Source: a virus
Strand: one strand, 5' to 3'
IMG/VR virus record: IMGVR_UViG_3300022666_000353
Span: 1 to 64,000 of that record
Length of the DNA: 64,000 nt
Part shown: positions 19,146 to 28,237 of the stretch, one piece after another
Layout of the letters: each line of letters opens with the position of its first letter
Numbering within the stretch: position 1 is the stretch's first letter
The notes under the pieces: model-generated
What the model was told of the DNA's origin: nothing
Database searches by the model: none
What the model saw: only the letters and a program-made list of their open reading frames with translations
Made by a program: the position numbers and the translations under genes

Positions 19146-19388
19146 TTATACGGAGAAGTCGGGTAGCTCAGTCATCCGGGTGTTGGTGTCTAAGCACCGT
19201 TGCAGGGTGGTTATCAACGTGGTGTAGGACAAGAAGGATACTGGCATCCCGTTCACGTCCATAAACTCCACGCTACCGTCACCATACAAGCGGGCTTCTG
19301 GATACCAACTCAAGTCGGCAATGCCGAAGTCGTCCTCAGTGTGGAACTGCTCAGTGTACTTAGCCAAGATGTCGATTAGTTCTTTCAT
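19146..19388 (-). CDS. Hypothetical protein (weak paralog of 20150-20425)
   Basis: RLYGDGSVEFMD vs TLFSDGSGKVMD. Confidence 0.7.
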   Translation of the reverse strand: MKELIDILAKYTEQFHTEDDFGIADLSWYPEARLYGDGSVEFMDVNGMPVSFLSYTTLITTLQRCLDTNTRMTELPDFSV

Positions 19389-19421
19389 AGGGAACTCCTT
19401 TCAATTGGGTTGATATAACAG

Positions 19422-19502
19422 TGGTCCAGGAAGGAGTCGAACCCTCACGTATGCGGGTGTCTCAACCGTTTCCCCGCCGCACTACCATTGTGCTACTGGA
19501 CC
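19422..19502 (-). tRNA. tRNA-like RNA with 15-nt anticodon loop (identity undetermined)
   Basis: Acceptor GGTCCAG/CTGGACC-A, D arm GCAC-AATGGTA-GTGC, stem GCGGG/CCCGC around GAAACGGTTGAGACA, T arm GAGGG-TTCGACT-CCTTC. Confidence 0.8.
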
Positions 19503-19510
19503 AACAACAC

Positions 19511-19702
19511 TTACGTGTTCACGGCGGCCACCAGACAGGCTTCCATGTTGTCAAACCCGCCTTGCCACAGAGTTGTCGTGGGCCAGCCGGCCTCAACCGT
19601 TAGGATGCTGTAGGTATACACATGGTTCAGCAGGTCCCAATATATCAGGACCACTTTGTCACCCATTGGTTTGGCCGCCATAAATTCATACCGGTCATTC
19701 AT
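19511..19702 (-). CDS. Hypothetical protein
   Basis: SD AGGAGG before MNDRYEF. Confidence 0.65.
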   Translation of the reverse strand: MNDRYEFMAAKPMGDKVVLIYWDLLNHVYTYSILTVEAGWPTTTLWQGGFDNMEACLVAAVNT

Positions 19703-19952
19703 TGGTCGCCTCCTGTACCAAAGCACTACACCTGTGACATTCATAAGCATCCGTCTGTTGAAGCTCAGACAGTGGTACCCAATGATTACACTCAACACAG
19801 GTCTCAACGTCACACTGTCGCATACAGTTGATACACAGGTCTACTGGTACGTCGTGGCCGTTTACTTCTACCAGGCCGTGGTTACCCTCTCCGTAGAAGG
19901 AGTCAGCAGGGTCACCACAGCGGTCACAGGTTACATCCCAGCCTATTAGCAT
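19695..19952 (-). CDS. Double Zn-finger protein (paralog of 17834-18094)
   Basis: Shared CxxC spacing and motifs. Confidence 0.75.
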   Translation of the reverse strand: MLIGWDVTCDRCGDPADSFYGEGNHGLVEVNGHDVPVDLCINCMRQCDVETCVECNHWVPLSELQQTDAYECHRCSALVQEATNE

Positions 19953-20149
19953 AAGGGCCTTCTTGATTGGGGGTGGAAGGATAAGAGGGACGGGGTGATT
20001 TAGGTGCTGCCGCCCCCGCCAAAGAGACCTCGTTTTTTCCCTCCGGCATGGACAGCAAAATGTTAACGAGCGAACAGACCCAGCCCCCCAGACCTCAGCC
20101 TGGTGCCTCAGTGAGAGGGGCTGGTCACCTAGCGATGCTGCCGGCTACC

Positions 20150-20425
20150 CTACCGTTCCGACAGCCACTTCCTTAGCTGCGCGATGGTGGCGAACCGGAA
20201 CAGCACGTTGTCCCCGAAGTCCATCACCTTGCCCGAGCCGTCCGAGAACAGAGTGATACGGACCAGCGTGTCATCCAGGTTGCTCAGGCCGGACAGGATT
20301 TCCCCCAGGGTTCCGTCCTTATACTGCTCCTCGATGACGCGTTTCCGGTCAACGATTGGGTCAGCCTTTACATAGTCAGCCGGCCAGTTCATTTCTGGCC
20401 CGGTCAGCAATTCGTAACTCTCCAT
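20150..20425 (-). CDS. Hypothetical protein
   Basis: SD AAGGAG; follows a promoter. Confidence 0.75.
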   Translation of the reverse strand: MESYELLTGPEMNWPADYVKADPIVDRKRVIEEQYKDGTLGEILSGLSNLDDTLVRITLFSDGSGKVMDFGDNVLFRFATIAQLRKWLSER

Positions 20426-20466
20426 AGCTCACTCTCCTTATTGTTTGCTTAACAACTCACCATATT

Positions 20467-20495
20467 ATTATAGCGCAGAAACATCAGCAAGTCAA
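20467..20495 (-). promoter_or_regulatory. sigma70-type promoter
   Basis: TTGACT-17-TATAAT. Confidence 0.85.
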
Positions 20496-20617
20496 TAAGC
20501 AGTTCTATTTACACAGCGTGGGCCAGTGTATAAATGCCTCTGTACGCCAACAGGAAGCCCGTAGCGCGATTTATTTCTGCAAAAGGTCTTACCATATACC
20601 ACACTACCAAACACGCG

Positions 20618-20914
20618 CTATTCACCATTCAGCACGATTGGCACAAACGCCTGGTCACAGCAAGCCAGCCGGCAGGAGTACACACTGACGCGCACGTCCC
20701 ATTTATCGGCGGCTTCAATAACGTGATGCTCCTGCAACACAACCTCCTGTGTCTCTGTCCAGGGGCAGAAGAACACTACGTCAACCGTACGGTCACTGTT
20801 GCTCCAGGTGATGTCATAGATTTTACACGGCTCACCCGGCACGCCGGCGTGTACACTCCGCACAACTACCAGCAAAACAACTACCGTCAATACAACACCG
20901 GCGATTCTTCGCAC
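20618..20914 (-). CDS. Putative exported protein (signal peptide, Cys-rich)
   Basis: RRIAGVVLTVVVLLVVVRSVHA N-terminus; SD GGAGG. Confidence 0.65.
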   Translation of the reverse strand: MRRIAGVVLTVVVLLVVVRSVHAGVPGEPCKIYDITWSNSDRTVDVVFFCPWTETQEVVLQEHHVIEAADKWDVRVSVYSCRLACCDQAFVPIVLNGE

Positions 20915-21049
20915 ACTAACCTCCAAACTAAGCGGTAAATAACCCTTCGGAGCAGCCAACCGGGCAGCCCGGTGGTACTATTTATTGGTTAACCGGTGGG
21001 TGATGCCTCCGAAAATACGGGCTTTTGCCTCACCATCACCAAAAACTTG

Positions 21050-21478
21050 TCAATTAAAGTTGTACTCTGCCAGGTTGACTATGTTGCTGGCGCGATAGAC
21101 CACAGCCTCGCCAGCTTCGTAGTCAAACTCATAGCTGGACCACTTGCCGGCTTTCATCAGCCACTTATTCAGCCGTTCATTGGTGGCGTCAGTCAGCTTC
21201 AGCGAGAGTCCGTTCGAGGACAGGCGGGTGTGTACCTTGATGCGCTTGTACTCAACGCGCCTTACTACGCCAATATCGTTCAGGTCAGTCAGGTGCATGT
21301 CCGGGTGGTCGTCTGCTTCCCAGCTCGGCTTCGTTGTCACAGTGGCCGGCGTTGTCCAGGTCATGCTGGGGTTGGACAGGTTGGCGCTTTTCCACACGAA
21401 AACTCCCCCGTCCCGCATCCAGGTGATTATCTTCTTTACGCCTTCCTCAGTGATGAGGTGTTTGAAATTATCTGCCAT
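21050..21478 (-). CDS. Hypothetical protein
   Basis: SD GAGG. Confidence 0.8.
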   Translation of the reverse strand: MADNFKHLITEEGVKKIITWMRDGGVFVWKSANLSNPSMTWTTPATVTTKPSWEADDHPDMHLTDLNDIGVVRRVEYKRIKVHTRLSSNGLSLKLTDATNERLNKWLMKAGKWSSYEFDYEAGEAVVYRASNIVNLAEYNFN

Positions 21479-21668
21479 TGTTCCTCACTTTCTCTAGTTG
21501 ATTTGGCATGGCCCAGAACACCAGGCCGTCTGCGTGTACAAACACAGCGCCGGCTGGGGCAGGAGGGCCATCCCACTCATACATATACTCAGGAGCGACC
21601 ACTCCCTCCCAGGCCGGCAGGCAGTCACCTATGTATCTAACCAGGTCACCTGCTTTCGGAGTCCACAT
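21468..21668 (-). CDS. Small SH3-like protein
   Basis: PKAGDLVRY; its ATG lies inside palindrome copy 3. Confidence 0.65.
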   Translation of the reverse strand: MWTPKAGDLVRYIGDCLPAWEGVVAPEYMYEWDGPPAPAGAVFVHADGLVFWAMPNQLEKVRNNGR

Positions 21669-21675
21669 GTGGACT
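21660..21675. repeat. 16-bp palindrome, copy 3 (perfect)
   Basis: AGTCCACATGTGGACT spanning a stop-start junction. Confidence 0.85.
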
Positions 21676-21880
21676 ACCTGTACCGGCAGTTATCTGCGTG
21701 TTCAGCCGCACACCCATAGTCGTGTACAGGCTGGCCGCAGTCAGGACACACGTAGCCAGAGCAGTGCATCACACGGTGACCGCACTCCGCGCACTCTCCA
21801 GAGAAGTAGTCTTCGTAGATGCCGTCAGTTTCTTCCTCGTCGTCATCTTCGTATTGCCACATATCAGCCTCCGTAACCAT
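21674..21880 (-). CDS. Small acidic Zn-finger protein
   Basis: EDDDEEETD then CxxC motifs. Confidence 0.6.
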   Translation of the reverse strand: MVTEADMWQYEDDDEEETDGIYEDYFSGECAECGHRVMHCSGYVCPDCGQPVHDYGCAAEHADNCRYR

Positions 21881-22154
21881 TCAGGATGTGGGCACTGCCA
21901 CAGGCAGGGCAGGTGGTGTTGACGAAGGGGGCGTCCACGGTGAACTTGAAACCGCACTCACCACACAGCCGGCCTCCAACGAACTTTTCTTCAGCCCCGT
22001 CGATTAGACCGTTGTTCAGGGCGTCCTCAGTGTACTCAGCGAAGTCCCGCTGTGTCCCCTCCGACAAGTCAAGGTACTCACACACATACTCCAGCAACTT
22101 CGATGTCGGCATCCAGGGGACGTTCTTCTTCAGGAACTCCAGGGTTGTTGCCAT
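21864..22154 (-). CDS. Zn-ribbon protein
   Basis: SD GGAGGTG; CGEC/CPAC. Confidence 0.7.
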   Translation of the reverse strand: MATTLEFLKKNVPWMPTSKLLEYVCEYLDLSEGTQRDFAEYTEDALNNGLIDGAEEKFVGGRLCGECGFKFTVDAPFVNTTCPACGSAHILNGYGG

Positions 22155-22360
22155 TACACCACCTCCACTTCGTGCCATTCGCTGGTGTTGGTCTGTCCAT
22201 TTACTACGGGATAAATTGCGGCATGTCGTTCCCCGTCTGCCTCCCACAGGTTCAGGTCCCAGTTATCAGACAGAGTAAACCAGTGGTCTTCAGGCCACTC
22301 AAACAAGGTGGCGATGATTACAGTTGCCAGGTTGCGGGCTTGTTCAAGGGTGATGTTCAT
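22154..22360 (-). CDS. Hypothetical protein
   Basis: TAATG coupling. Confidence 0.7.
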   Translation of the reverse strand: MNITLEQARNLATVIIATLFEWPEDHWFTLSDNWDLNLWEADGERHAAIYPVVNGQTNTSEWHEVEVV

Positions 22361-22548
22361 TAGTCCTCCAGTCCGAAGAATTGGCGTAAGCTCTGGATAC
22401 TGCCGTTGGGCAGGATGACCATGAAGGTCTGGTAAGGGTTGAGGGTGTCGATGAAGATGACCGCCCCGCTCGACCCATCAAGCTGACCCAGGGGCTTGCA
22501 GTCAGGCATCACATCAAAGAACTTCTGCTGTTCAGGGTACAGTCTCAT
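22360..22548 (-). CDS. Hypothetical protein
   Basis: ATGA coupling. Confidence 0.65.
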   Translation of the reverse strand: MRLYPEQQKFFDVMPDCKPLGQLDGSSGAVIFIDTLNPYQTFMVILPNGSIQSLRQFFGLED

Positions 22549-22772
22549 AGTGTCTCCAGAGGCCATCCGCTGTCGATATTGAGCCGGTAGAGGTCTACCG
22601 CAAAGTTCTGCCGCATTTCCAGTTCCCGCACATCCTCAAGGGTGTTCACCGTGTGGTGGGGGAAGTCGGCCTGAGTCAGTTCAACTGCCTTTGCTTCGGC
22701 GTACTCGTACTCAGAGAAGGCGTACACATCACGGTCACCGTGCCGGCTGGTATACACAAGAATGGTTTGCAT
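22545..22772 (-). CDS. Hypothetical protein
   Basis: SD AGGAGG. Confidence 0.7.
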   Translation of the reverse strand: MQTILVYTSRHGDRDVYAFSEYEYAEAKAVELTQADFPHHTVNTLEDVRELEMRQNFAVDLYRLNIDSGWPLETL

Positions 22773-23016
22773 ATCTAACCTCCTATGCCGAGAGTATGTC
22801 TATGCCCAGGTCATGCAGGTACTGGGCAAGGTGAAGTTCCAGAACTCCCAGATAATAGTGAAATTCTGAGAGTAAAAGAAACAAAAAGAAATAAAACAGA
22901 ACTGGATTGTTTTCTATTTTTTCCACGTACTTTATTGAAGTACCTGAATTTTTCTCTGCGATTTGCGCCAGTTTTGCAGACGCTCTGAGTAGGCCGATGA
23001 GCAGCATACACACCAC

Positions 23017-23583
23017 CTACGCCGCGACCGGAAGATACTTCACAGCGTTCCTGGCCTGGTCCACTGCGTACTCATATCCCCACAGCCCCCACAGACTCTC
23101 AACCTCATCGCCGTCCGCGTCCTCGATGACGTACCCGTACACGTCACCGTTCAGGTACTGGTTATAGGTTTCCACCTCATCAAGCAAGTTGCACTTAACT
23201 TTCTCCCAGCGTTCCTTTGTCAGTCGGCTCCAGCCGAACACCTGCTTGATGCGCTCCCGGGTGGTGTAGATGAACCCGATGCGGCCACCGTCCCAGGCGT
23301 AGTGATACCAGGTTGGCTCGATACGTGTGCTGATGCCGATGCCGGAATGTTCATACAGGTACAGGGGCATCACGGCGACGGCCCCGTCGTGAACCAGGTG
23401 ACGCTCGAAGTCGTCCCAGCCTGTGAAGTCATCCGTTTGGTAGTGGTGTCGGTCACCCAGAATGTGGCGGGTGTGTACACAGGTCATAATGCCCAGGTTG
23501 TCATCATTACGTGGGTCGGTGGGAAAGTCGTCAGTCTCGATGCGGACCACGTACCCGTTATGTTCAAAGCGTTCGATTTCCAT
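23017..23583 (-). CDS. Hypothetical protein resembling an uncharacterised phage/plasmid family
   Basis: LYEHSGIGIST...WDGGRIGFIY...YNQYLNGDVYGY...SLWG pattern (family recalled, not searched). Confidence 0.8.
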   Translation of the reverse strand: MEIERFEHNGYVVRIETDDFPTDPRNDDNLGIMTCVHTRHILGDRHHYQTDDFTGWDDFERHLVHDGAVAVMPLYLYEHSGIGISTRIEPTWYHYAWDGGRIGFIYTTRERIKQVFGWSRLTKERWEKVKCNLLDEVETYNQYLNGDVYGYVIEDADGDEVESLWGLWGYEYAVDQARNAVKYLPVAA

Positions 23584-23592
23584 AGGACCTCC

Positions 23593-23608
23593 AGTCTATA
23601 TGTGGACT
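23593..23608. repeat. 16-bp palindrome, copy 4
   Basis: AGTCTATATGTGGACT abutting SD GGAGG. Confidence 0.85.
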
Positions 23609-23655
23609 GACTTACAAATCGGGCCGCCAGCCAGCCGGCCAGCAGCCCTGTGTCA

Positions 23656-24381
23656 CTACTTCGTGAAGTCTCCCAGGTCGAACAGCGGGTCAACGCCCTT
23701 TGGGTCAGTGAAGGCAGCAGGTGGCGCTTCGTCTGGGTCAGCGCCGACTTCCTCACCCCGCTCCTTCCAGGCTTCCAGCCACCCTTCGTCCCACTTGGCA
23801 AACGCCCCGGTGTCCTGGGGATAGGGGTTGTCCGAGCGGCGGACCCCTTCTTCGTACTGCTCCTTGCCGTACTCGTACGCCCCACCGTCACCGTAGTGGT
23901 CGTCCTGGAGTGGGTCCACACTCAGCCGGAAGCTACAGTGCGGGCAAACAGACGGGTAGTTCTCCAGGATTTCCCCACAGTCGTCACAGAAGGTCAGGTC
24001 GTTGGCGTCTACCTGCTCACCCCAGGAGTCATCAACCTGCGCTTCGATGCTGTCGTCCTGCGTGAAGTATCCGATGGTCACTGACCACTGACCCTCAGCA
24101 GTGATGGCGAAGCCCGCAGTCTCGTCCTCTGCGACACGCTCTGAGCACCACTGTTTCAGTTCGTCAAAGTCCAGGCCGGGGGCACCCCATCCCTTATCCA
24201 CTGTGACTTCATCCACCAGCCGCCACCCATACGGGCGATAGTTGCCCAGGTTGGGAGCGGGGCAGGTGCGCCAACGCAGAGGCTCGTCTGCATCAGCCGG
24301 CTGGTAGGGTTCGAGTTCTTCCATCGCGGCGCGGAGCGCCAGTTCGTGCGCCAGGTCTTTGATTGCCTCAATACCCATCAT
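23656..24381 (-). CDS. Acidic multi-domain protein with Zn ribbon and RMF-like NPY...W..GW motif
   Basis: CDDC/CPHC; DNPYP...AKWDEGW. Confidence 0.75.
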   Translation of the reverse strand: MMGIEAIKDLAHELALRAAMEELEPYQPADADEPLRWRTCPAPNLGNYRPYGWRLVDEVTVDKGWGAPGLDFDELKQWCSERVAEDETAGFAITAEGQWSVTIGYFTQDDSIEAQVDDSWGEQVDANDLTFCDDCGEILENYPSVCPHCSFRLSVDPLQDDHYGDGGAYEYGKEQYEEGVRRSDNPYPQDTGAFAKWDEGWLEAWKERGEEVGADPDEAPPAAFTDPKGVDPLFDLGDFTK

Positions 24382-24393
24382 GCGACACCTCCG

Positions 24394-24687
24394 TTATTTG
24401 AACAGGTTCAGGACACGGTTGGCCTTGCGGGCCACGTACTCACCGAAGGTAACCGGCGTGTTGTACGCCACCTGCCGGTCAGCTTCAATGGCCTGGTCAG
24501 ACCGTTGGGCCAGGATTGCTTCCAGCTTCGACAGACGACTGCGGGCAGCCACCAACGACCACCCTGTGTAGTCAGTCCGTTCGATGCCGAGTCTGGCTTC
24601 GGCATTGTGCAAGGCGTCAAGTAAGCGGTTCGTTTCGGCCCAGGCTGCTTCTTTATTCAGTCGTTCAAGTTCATCTTGAGAGTGCAT
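24394..24687 (-). CDS. Hypothetical protein
   Basis: SD AGGAGG. Confidence 0.75.
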   Translation of the reverse strand: MHSQDELERLNKEAAWAETNRLLDALHNAEARLGIERTDYTGWSLVAARSRLSKLEAILAQRSDQAIEADRQVAYNTPVTFGEYVARKANRVLNLFK

Positions 24688-24717
24688 TACAACCTCCTGT
24701 ATTTTGATAGCGTAGGT

Positions 24718-24936
24718 TTATATAAACTTCTGAGGTTCTCTGCCCCAGAACGCGCCGTCGTTCTCATCCAGCACTGCACACAGGCAGGCGATGGCCTGGC
24801 GGGGGGTGTCACCGTAGCCGCGCAGCAGCATCCACTTTTCACCCGTCCAGTTCTTCCACTCACTCTGTACGTAGGCAAAGTACCCGCCTACCTCCAGGTC
24901 CTCATTGTTCTTTTCCACATGGAAAGTCTGTATCAC
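24718..24936 (-). CDS. Small protein with HicB-like N-terminal pattern
   Basis: GYFAYV...GYGDTPRQAI. Confidence 0.6.
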   Translation of the reverse strand: MIQTFHVEKNNEDLEVGGYFAYVQSEWKNWTGEKWMLLRGYGDTPRQAIACLCAVLDENDGAFWGREPQKFI

Positions 24937-24988
24937 GTCACGCCTCCTTTCAAATCGCGGCCCCTCACACAGAGGCCGCTGTGTACTA

Positions 24989-25435
24989 CTACCCGTTCAG
25001 GTACGGGCTTTCTTGACGCCGCTTATTCTTGCGACCGTGGTCAATGGTGGCGGCCAGGTCAGCCCAGCGTGGGTCGCTGTGTATCTGCTCGTCCAGCCAG
25101 TGAACGAACTCATACGACTGTGAGCTGCGTTCATCCTGGTACATGTCGTTCTCAGCCAGGCCGGACAGCACACCGACCAGGAACTGGATGATGCGCCCCT
25201 GTGTCGCCCTGTGTGCAGGAGCGTAACCATCCCACAAGTAGCGCCCCACACTGCGGCCAGCCGGCAAGCTCAACCAGTTGATGTCACGCAGCACAGACTG
25301 AAAGGCCCACTCGTCATCAATGGTCAGGGCCAAACCATGATAGGACACAGGGCCTTTGTTCTCGAAGGTCGCCTGTTTCTCAGAGTCGTCGCCACGATAC
25401 CAGTCCCTCAAGTCAGTTTCGTATTTGCGGCTCAC
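24989..25435 (-). CDS. Hypothetical protein
   Basis: SD GGAGG; GTGA coupling. Confidence 0.75.
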   Translation of the reverse strand: MSRKYETDLRDWYRGDDSEKQATFENKGPVSYHGLALTIDDEWAFQSVLRDINWLSLPAGRSVGRYLWDGYAPAHRATQGRIIQFLVGVLSGLAENDMYQDERSSQSYEFVHWLDEQIHSDPRWADLAATIDHGRKNKRRQESPYLNG

Positions 25436-25644
25436 GCGCCACCTCCCACCAGGAATAACTTGCCGTCCAGTTCGTACCCAACCAGCTTATATATTTCGTA
25501 CCAGGTGCTGGCGCAGTCCTCACACAGAATGAGCTGACGGGTGTCGTCGTAGTCGTCAGAGCGAACGTATGTGATGTTACTGCTGCCACAGTACGGGCAG
25601 TACGCACCGTCATTCTCAACAAACCTGTTGACGTCCGTCACCAC
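25432..25644 (-). CDS. Small Zn-ribbon protein
   Basis: CPYCGS/CEDC. Confidence 0.75.
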   Translation of the reverse strand: MVTDVNRFVENDGAYCPYCGSSNITYVRSDDYDDTRQLILCEDCASTWYEIYKLVGYELDGKLFLVGGGA

Positions 25645-25654
25645 AGTTACCTCC

Positions 25655-25933
25655 TTAGTAGTTCATCGCAAGGAACACACGCTGACCAGGGTCCAGTCGG
25701 ACTCCGCTGTTCTCAAACCGCAGCCGGTCATTCCAGTTGACCCGCAGTGTTTCGTACTGTACTTCTGCTTCTTCCGGGTCATCACCGCAGTAACTACACA
25801 ACACGTCCTCCGGTTTAACTTTGAGGACTGCGACGGACGGGGTGGCGTTGCCGGCCAGCTCACGTGTGTGGTCGGACAAGTTTCTGGCTGGGAAAACACC
25901 CCCACACTCAGCGCACGTAAACGTCATTCTCAT
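25655..25933 (-). CDS. Zn-finger protein
   Basis: CAEC/CSYC; SD GGAGG. Confidence 0.7.
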   Translation of the reverse strand: MRMTFTCAECGGVFPARNLSDHTRELAGNATPSVAVLKVKPEDVLCSYCGDDPEEAEVQYETLRVNWNDRLRFENSGVRLDPGQRVFLAMNY

Positions 25934-25972
25934 AGTTACCTCCAATTGAAAGGGCCGGGCTCTCACCGGCCC

Positions 25973-25988
25973 AGTCTATATGTGGACT
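25973..25988. repeat. 16-bp palindrome, copy 5
   Basis: AGTCTATATGTGGACT, intergenic. Confidence 0.85.
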
Positions 25989-25993
25989 AACTA

Positions 25994-26515
25994 CTAAAAG
26001 GGAAGTTCGTCGTCCCAGCGCCCCTCGGGGTCACCGTCGTCCCACTCGGCCTCGTCAGCGAACAGGTTGCTGATGGCCTGCTCAATGTTGTCGGGCAGAC
26101 TCGGCTCGTCTTCGAAGTGCGACGGGTGCAGTGGACAGTCGTCCTGTGCGCAGTCGTCACACACCTCACCCTCACGCAGGGCGGCGAGAATGTCGGGGTG
26201 GTGCTTCAACCACTCACGTGTGTCAGTGAAAACCACCTGGCCGTTCTGAACGTCCGCCAACAGCTTGCGGTGATACACAGCCATCAGTTTGCCCAGGTCC
26301 GTTTCTGTGTCCAGTTCCGCACCCGACGCCAGAGCAAACATGGCGATGACGGGGTTAGCGTAGAACACGCCCTCCGCCCAGTTCAACAGCGTCTCCTGCT
26401 CTTCGTTAGTCGAGGCGTTCTCCCCAAGCCGGAAGGAGAGGATGCTGCCCATAAGTGCCTGACCCAGTGGTTCGGGTAAGCTGGTGTAAAAATTGTCGTT
26501 ATCAACGTGTGCCAT
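25994..26515 (-). CDS. Hypothetical protein (paralog of 26582-26959), acidic tail
   Basis: LPE...ST.EEQE.L.NWAE shared. Confidence 0.8.
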   Translation of the reverse strand: MAHVDNDNFYTSLPEPLGQALMGSILSFRLGENASTNEEQETLLNWAEGVFYANPVIAMFALASGAELDTETDLGKLMAVYHRKLLADVQNGQVVFTDTREWLKHHPDILAALREGEVCDDCAQDDCPLHPSHFEDEPSLPDNIEQAISNLFADEAEWDDGDPEGRWDDELPF

Positions 26516-26581
26516 ACAGTTCCTCCAGAACTTAGAATGTCGTACAAATCTTGCCCTGGCCGTGTGACCAGGGCAGCGGGA

Positions 26582-26959
26582 TTAGGCGGCGGCCAGCTCA
26601 GAGAACAGCCGAGCGTAGCGTTCCTTTCCGCTTGCTTCACGGAACACAACTTCACCGTCCACAACATTCGGCAGGTACTGCCCCGCGACCACGCGGACCA
26701 GGAAGTCGGCACGCTGTTGCAGTTCGTCGTCTCCCAGGTTCCGGGCATCATGGATGTCATTGGCCTGCATATAGTCCGCCACGGCGCTGAACTCTTCTTC
26801 CGCCCAGTTGAATAGCACCTCCTGCTCTTCGACGGTGGATACGTCGTCAACGGTCCCCACAAACTCACCAGCGACGCGGCTCTGAACAAACGACATCGAA
26901 AGGCCGTTCACGAACGCTTCTGGAAGAAAGGTGCGGATGGTGTCAGCCACAATAGCCAT
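26582..26959 (-). CDS. Hypothetical protein (paralog of 25994-26515)
   Basis: STVEEQEVLFNWAEE. Confidence 0.8.
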   Translation of the reverse strand: MAIVADTIRTFLPEAFVNGLSMSFVQSRVAGEFVGTVDDVSTVEEQEVLFNWAEEEFSAVADYMQANDIHDARNLGDDELQQRADFLVRVVAGQYLPNVVDGEVVFREASGKERYARLFSELAAA

Positions 26960-27050
26960 GTTACAGTCTCCTTTATTTTGTTAGCGTAAAAAGGGCTTGC
27001 AAAATCTCCCTGGGTGCACCCAGGGGAGCGAGTTAGGTTGTTACGCTATA

Positions 27051-27078
27051 ATTATACAGCGTAATTTACTGTTGTCAA
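27051..27078 (-). promoter_or_regulatory. sigma70-type promoter within a near-palindrome
   Basis: TTGACA-16-TATAAT; TTACGCTATAATTATACAGCGTAA dyad. Confidence 0.75.
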
Positions 27079-27103
27079 GTACCAAGTTTTACACTGGCCG
27101 AAC

Positions 27104-27637
27104 CTAATATTCCGTTGCGTACTTCTCCCACACCCGGGCTACCTGCTGTGTTACGTAGTTAGCATACGCGTTCAGGTCGTCCACCGGGTCGGGTACAGAC
27201 ACAGTCACAGGAATGACGTGGTTGTACAGCACTACAGCGGGTACCCGGTCGTTGCCACCGACCTCTTTCACAAAGTCGAGGGCCATCAGTGCCTTAACAA
27301 ACTCACGCTCATGTTCCAAGATGCTGCGCCCGTCAGGTTCCTGGATTAGGACTACCATCCCACCAACCCACGTGGGGACATCCTTCACCAGGGCCCCGGG
27401 GTCTTCACCACGACCCCAGGCGTCGAACCACTCCTGCGGTCGTTCGTATACCAGGTCATACCTGGAAACCCAGGAGTTGATGTGGCGGCTGGTGGTCACA
27501 GAGTGAAACTGCTGTGTCCGATACATTCGACCGTCAAGGTACATGGCGACGGGGGTCTCATAACTCCAGAGCAGTAAACCCCTGGGACCTAGAACGTCGC
27601 TAACGTACTCGTTAGAACCGATTTTTCGTTTGTTCAT
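27104..27637 (-). CDS. Early phage protein of unknown function
   Basis: LWSYETPVA...HSVTTSRHIN motif, recalled from other phage early genes. Confidence 0.8.
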   Translation of the reverse strand: MNKRKIGSNEYVSDVLGPRGLLLWSYETPVAMYLDGRMYRTQQFHSVTTSRHINSWVSRYDLVYERPQEWFDAWGRGEDPGALVKDVPTWVGGMVVLIQEPDGRSILEHEREFVKALMALDFVKEVGGNDRVPAVVLYNHVIPVTVSVPDPVDDLNAYANYVTQQVARVWEKYATEY

Positions 27638-27852
27638 ACCACCTCCCGAAGGTAGTCACTTACGAATAGCACACCCTGCGGCGTGCCCTGTGACACAGGT
27701 GCCTTGTACACATAGACGGCGTCGGTGATAGACGGATACGCCCGCCTCGCGGCTATTGCAGCACCAGACACCGTGTACATCACCACGCCGACAACAAACT
27801 CCCGATTGTTTGCTGCCGTCAACTCAAACACGTACAACGAAGGTCCACCCAT
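27634..27852 (-). CDS. Hypothetical protein
   Basis: SD GGAGG. Confidence 0.65.
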   Translation of the reverse strand: MGGPSLYVFELTAANNREFVVGVVMYTVSGAAIAARRAYPSITDAVYVYKAPVSQGTPQGVLFVSDYLREVV

Positions 27853-27853
27853 A

Positions 27854-28237
27854 CTATTTCCTCCATTTGTAGAGACCCCCAAGATGGTGTAGCAACCACT
27901 CACGTGTTACTTTGTGGTGCTCCAACAGGTTGTAGTAGTCGGTCCACCACACATCTGGTAAAGTTATCCCGTTCCACAATACAGGGGCAACCCCAAGTCT
28001 TAGGTACTTGTATAAGAAGTCCATGAGTTCTACAGGGTCGTTAAAAACGTTGAAGAATTTGTACCCATCATCGAACTCCACAGCCATCCAATACTTACCC
28101 TCTGGTTCGTCGGATGCTGCCTGTATTGCTTCCACTCTGACTACCTTACTTCGTCTCACATGTCTAAAGAGCCAGTCAAAATTCTTGACTTGGTACGTGC
28201 GACCACCAGGGTTTTTCACAAGAGTTGTTGTCACCAA
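27854..28237 (-). CDS. Hypothetical protein
   Basis: SD GAGGAGG. Confidence 0.75.
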   Translation of the reverse strand: MVTTTLVKNPGGRTYQVKNFDWLFRHVRRSKVVRVEAIQAASDEPEGKYWMAVEFDDGYKFFNVFNDPVELMDFLYKYLRLGVAPVLWNGITLPDVWWTDYYNLLEHHKVTREWLLHHLGGLYKWRK

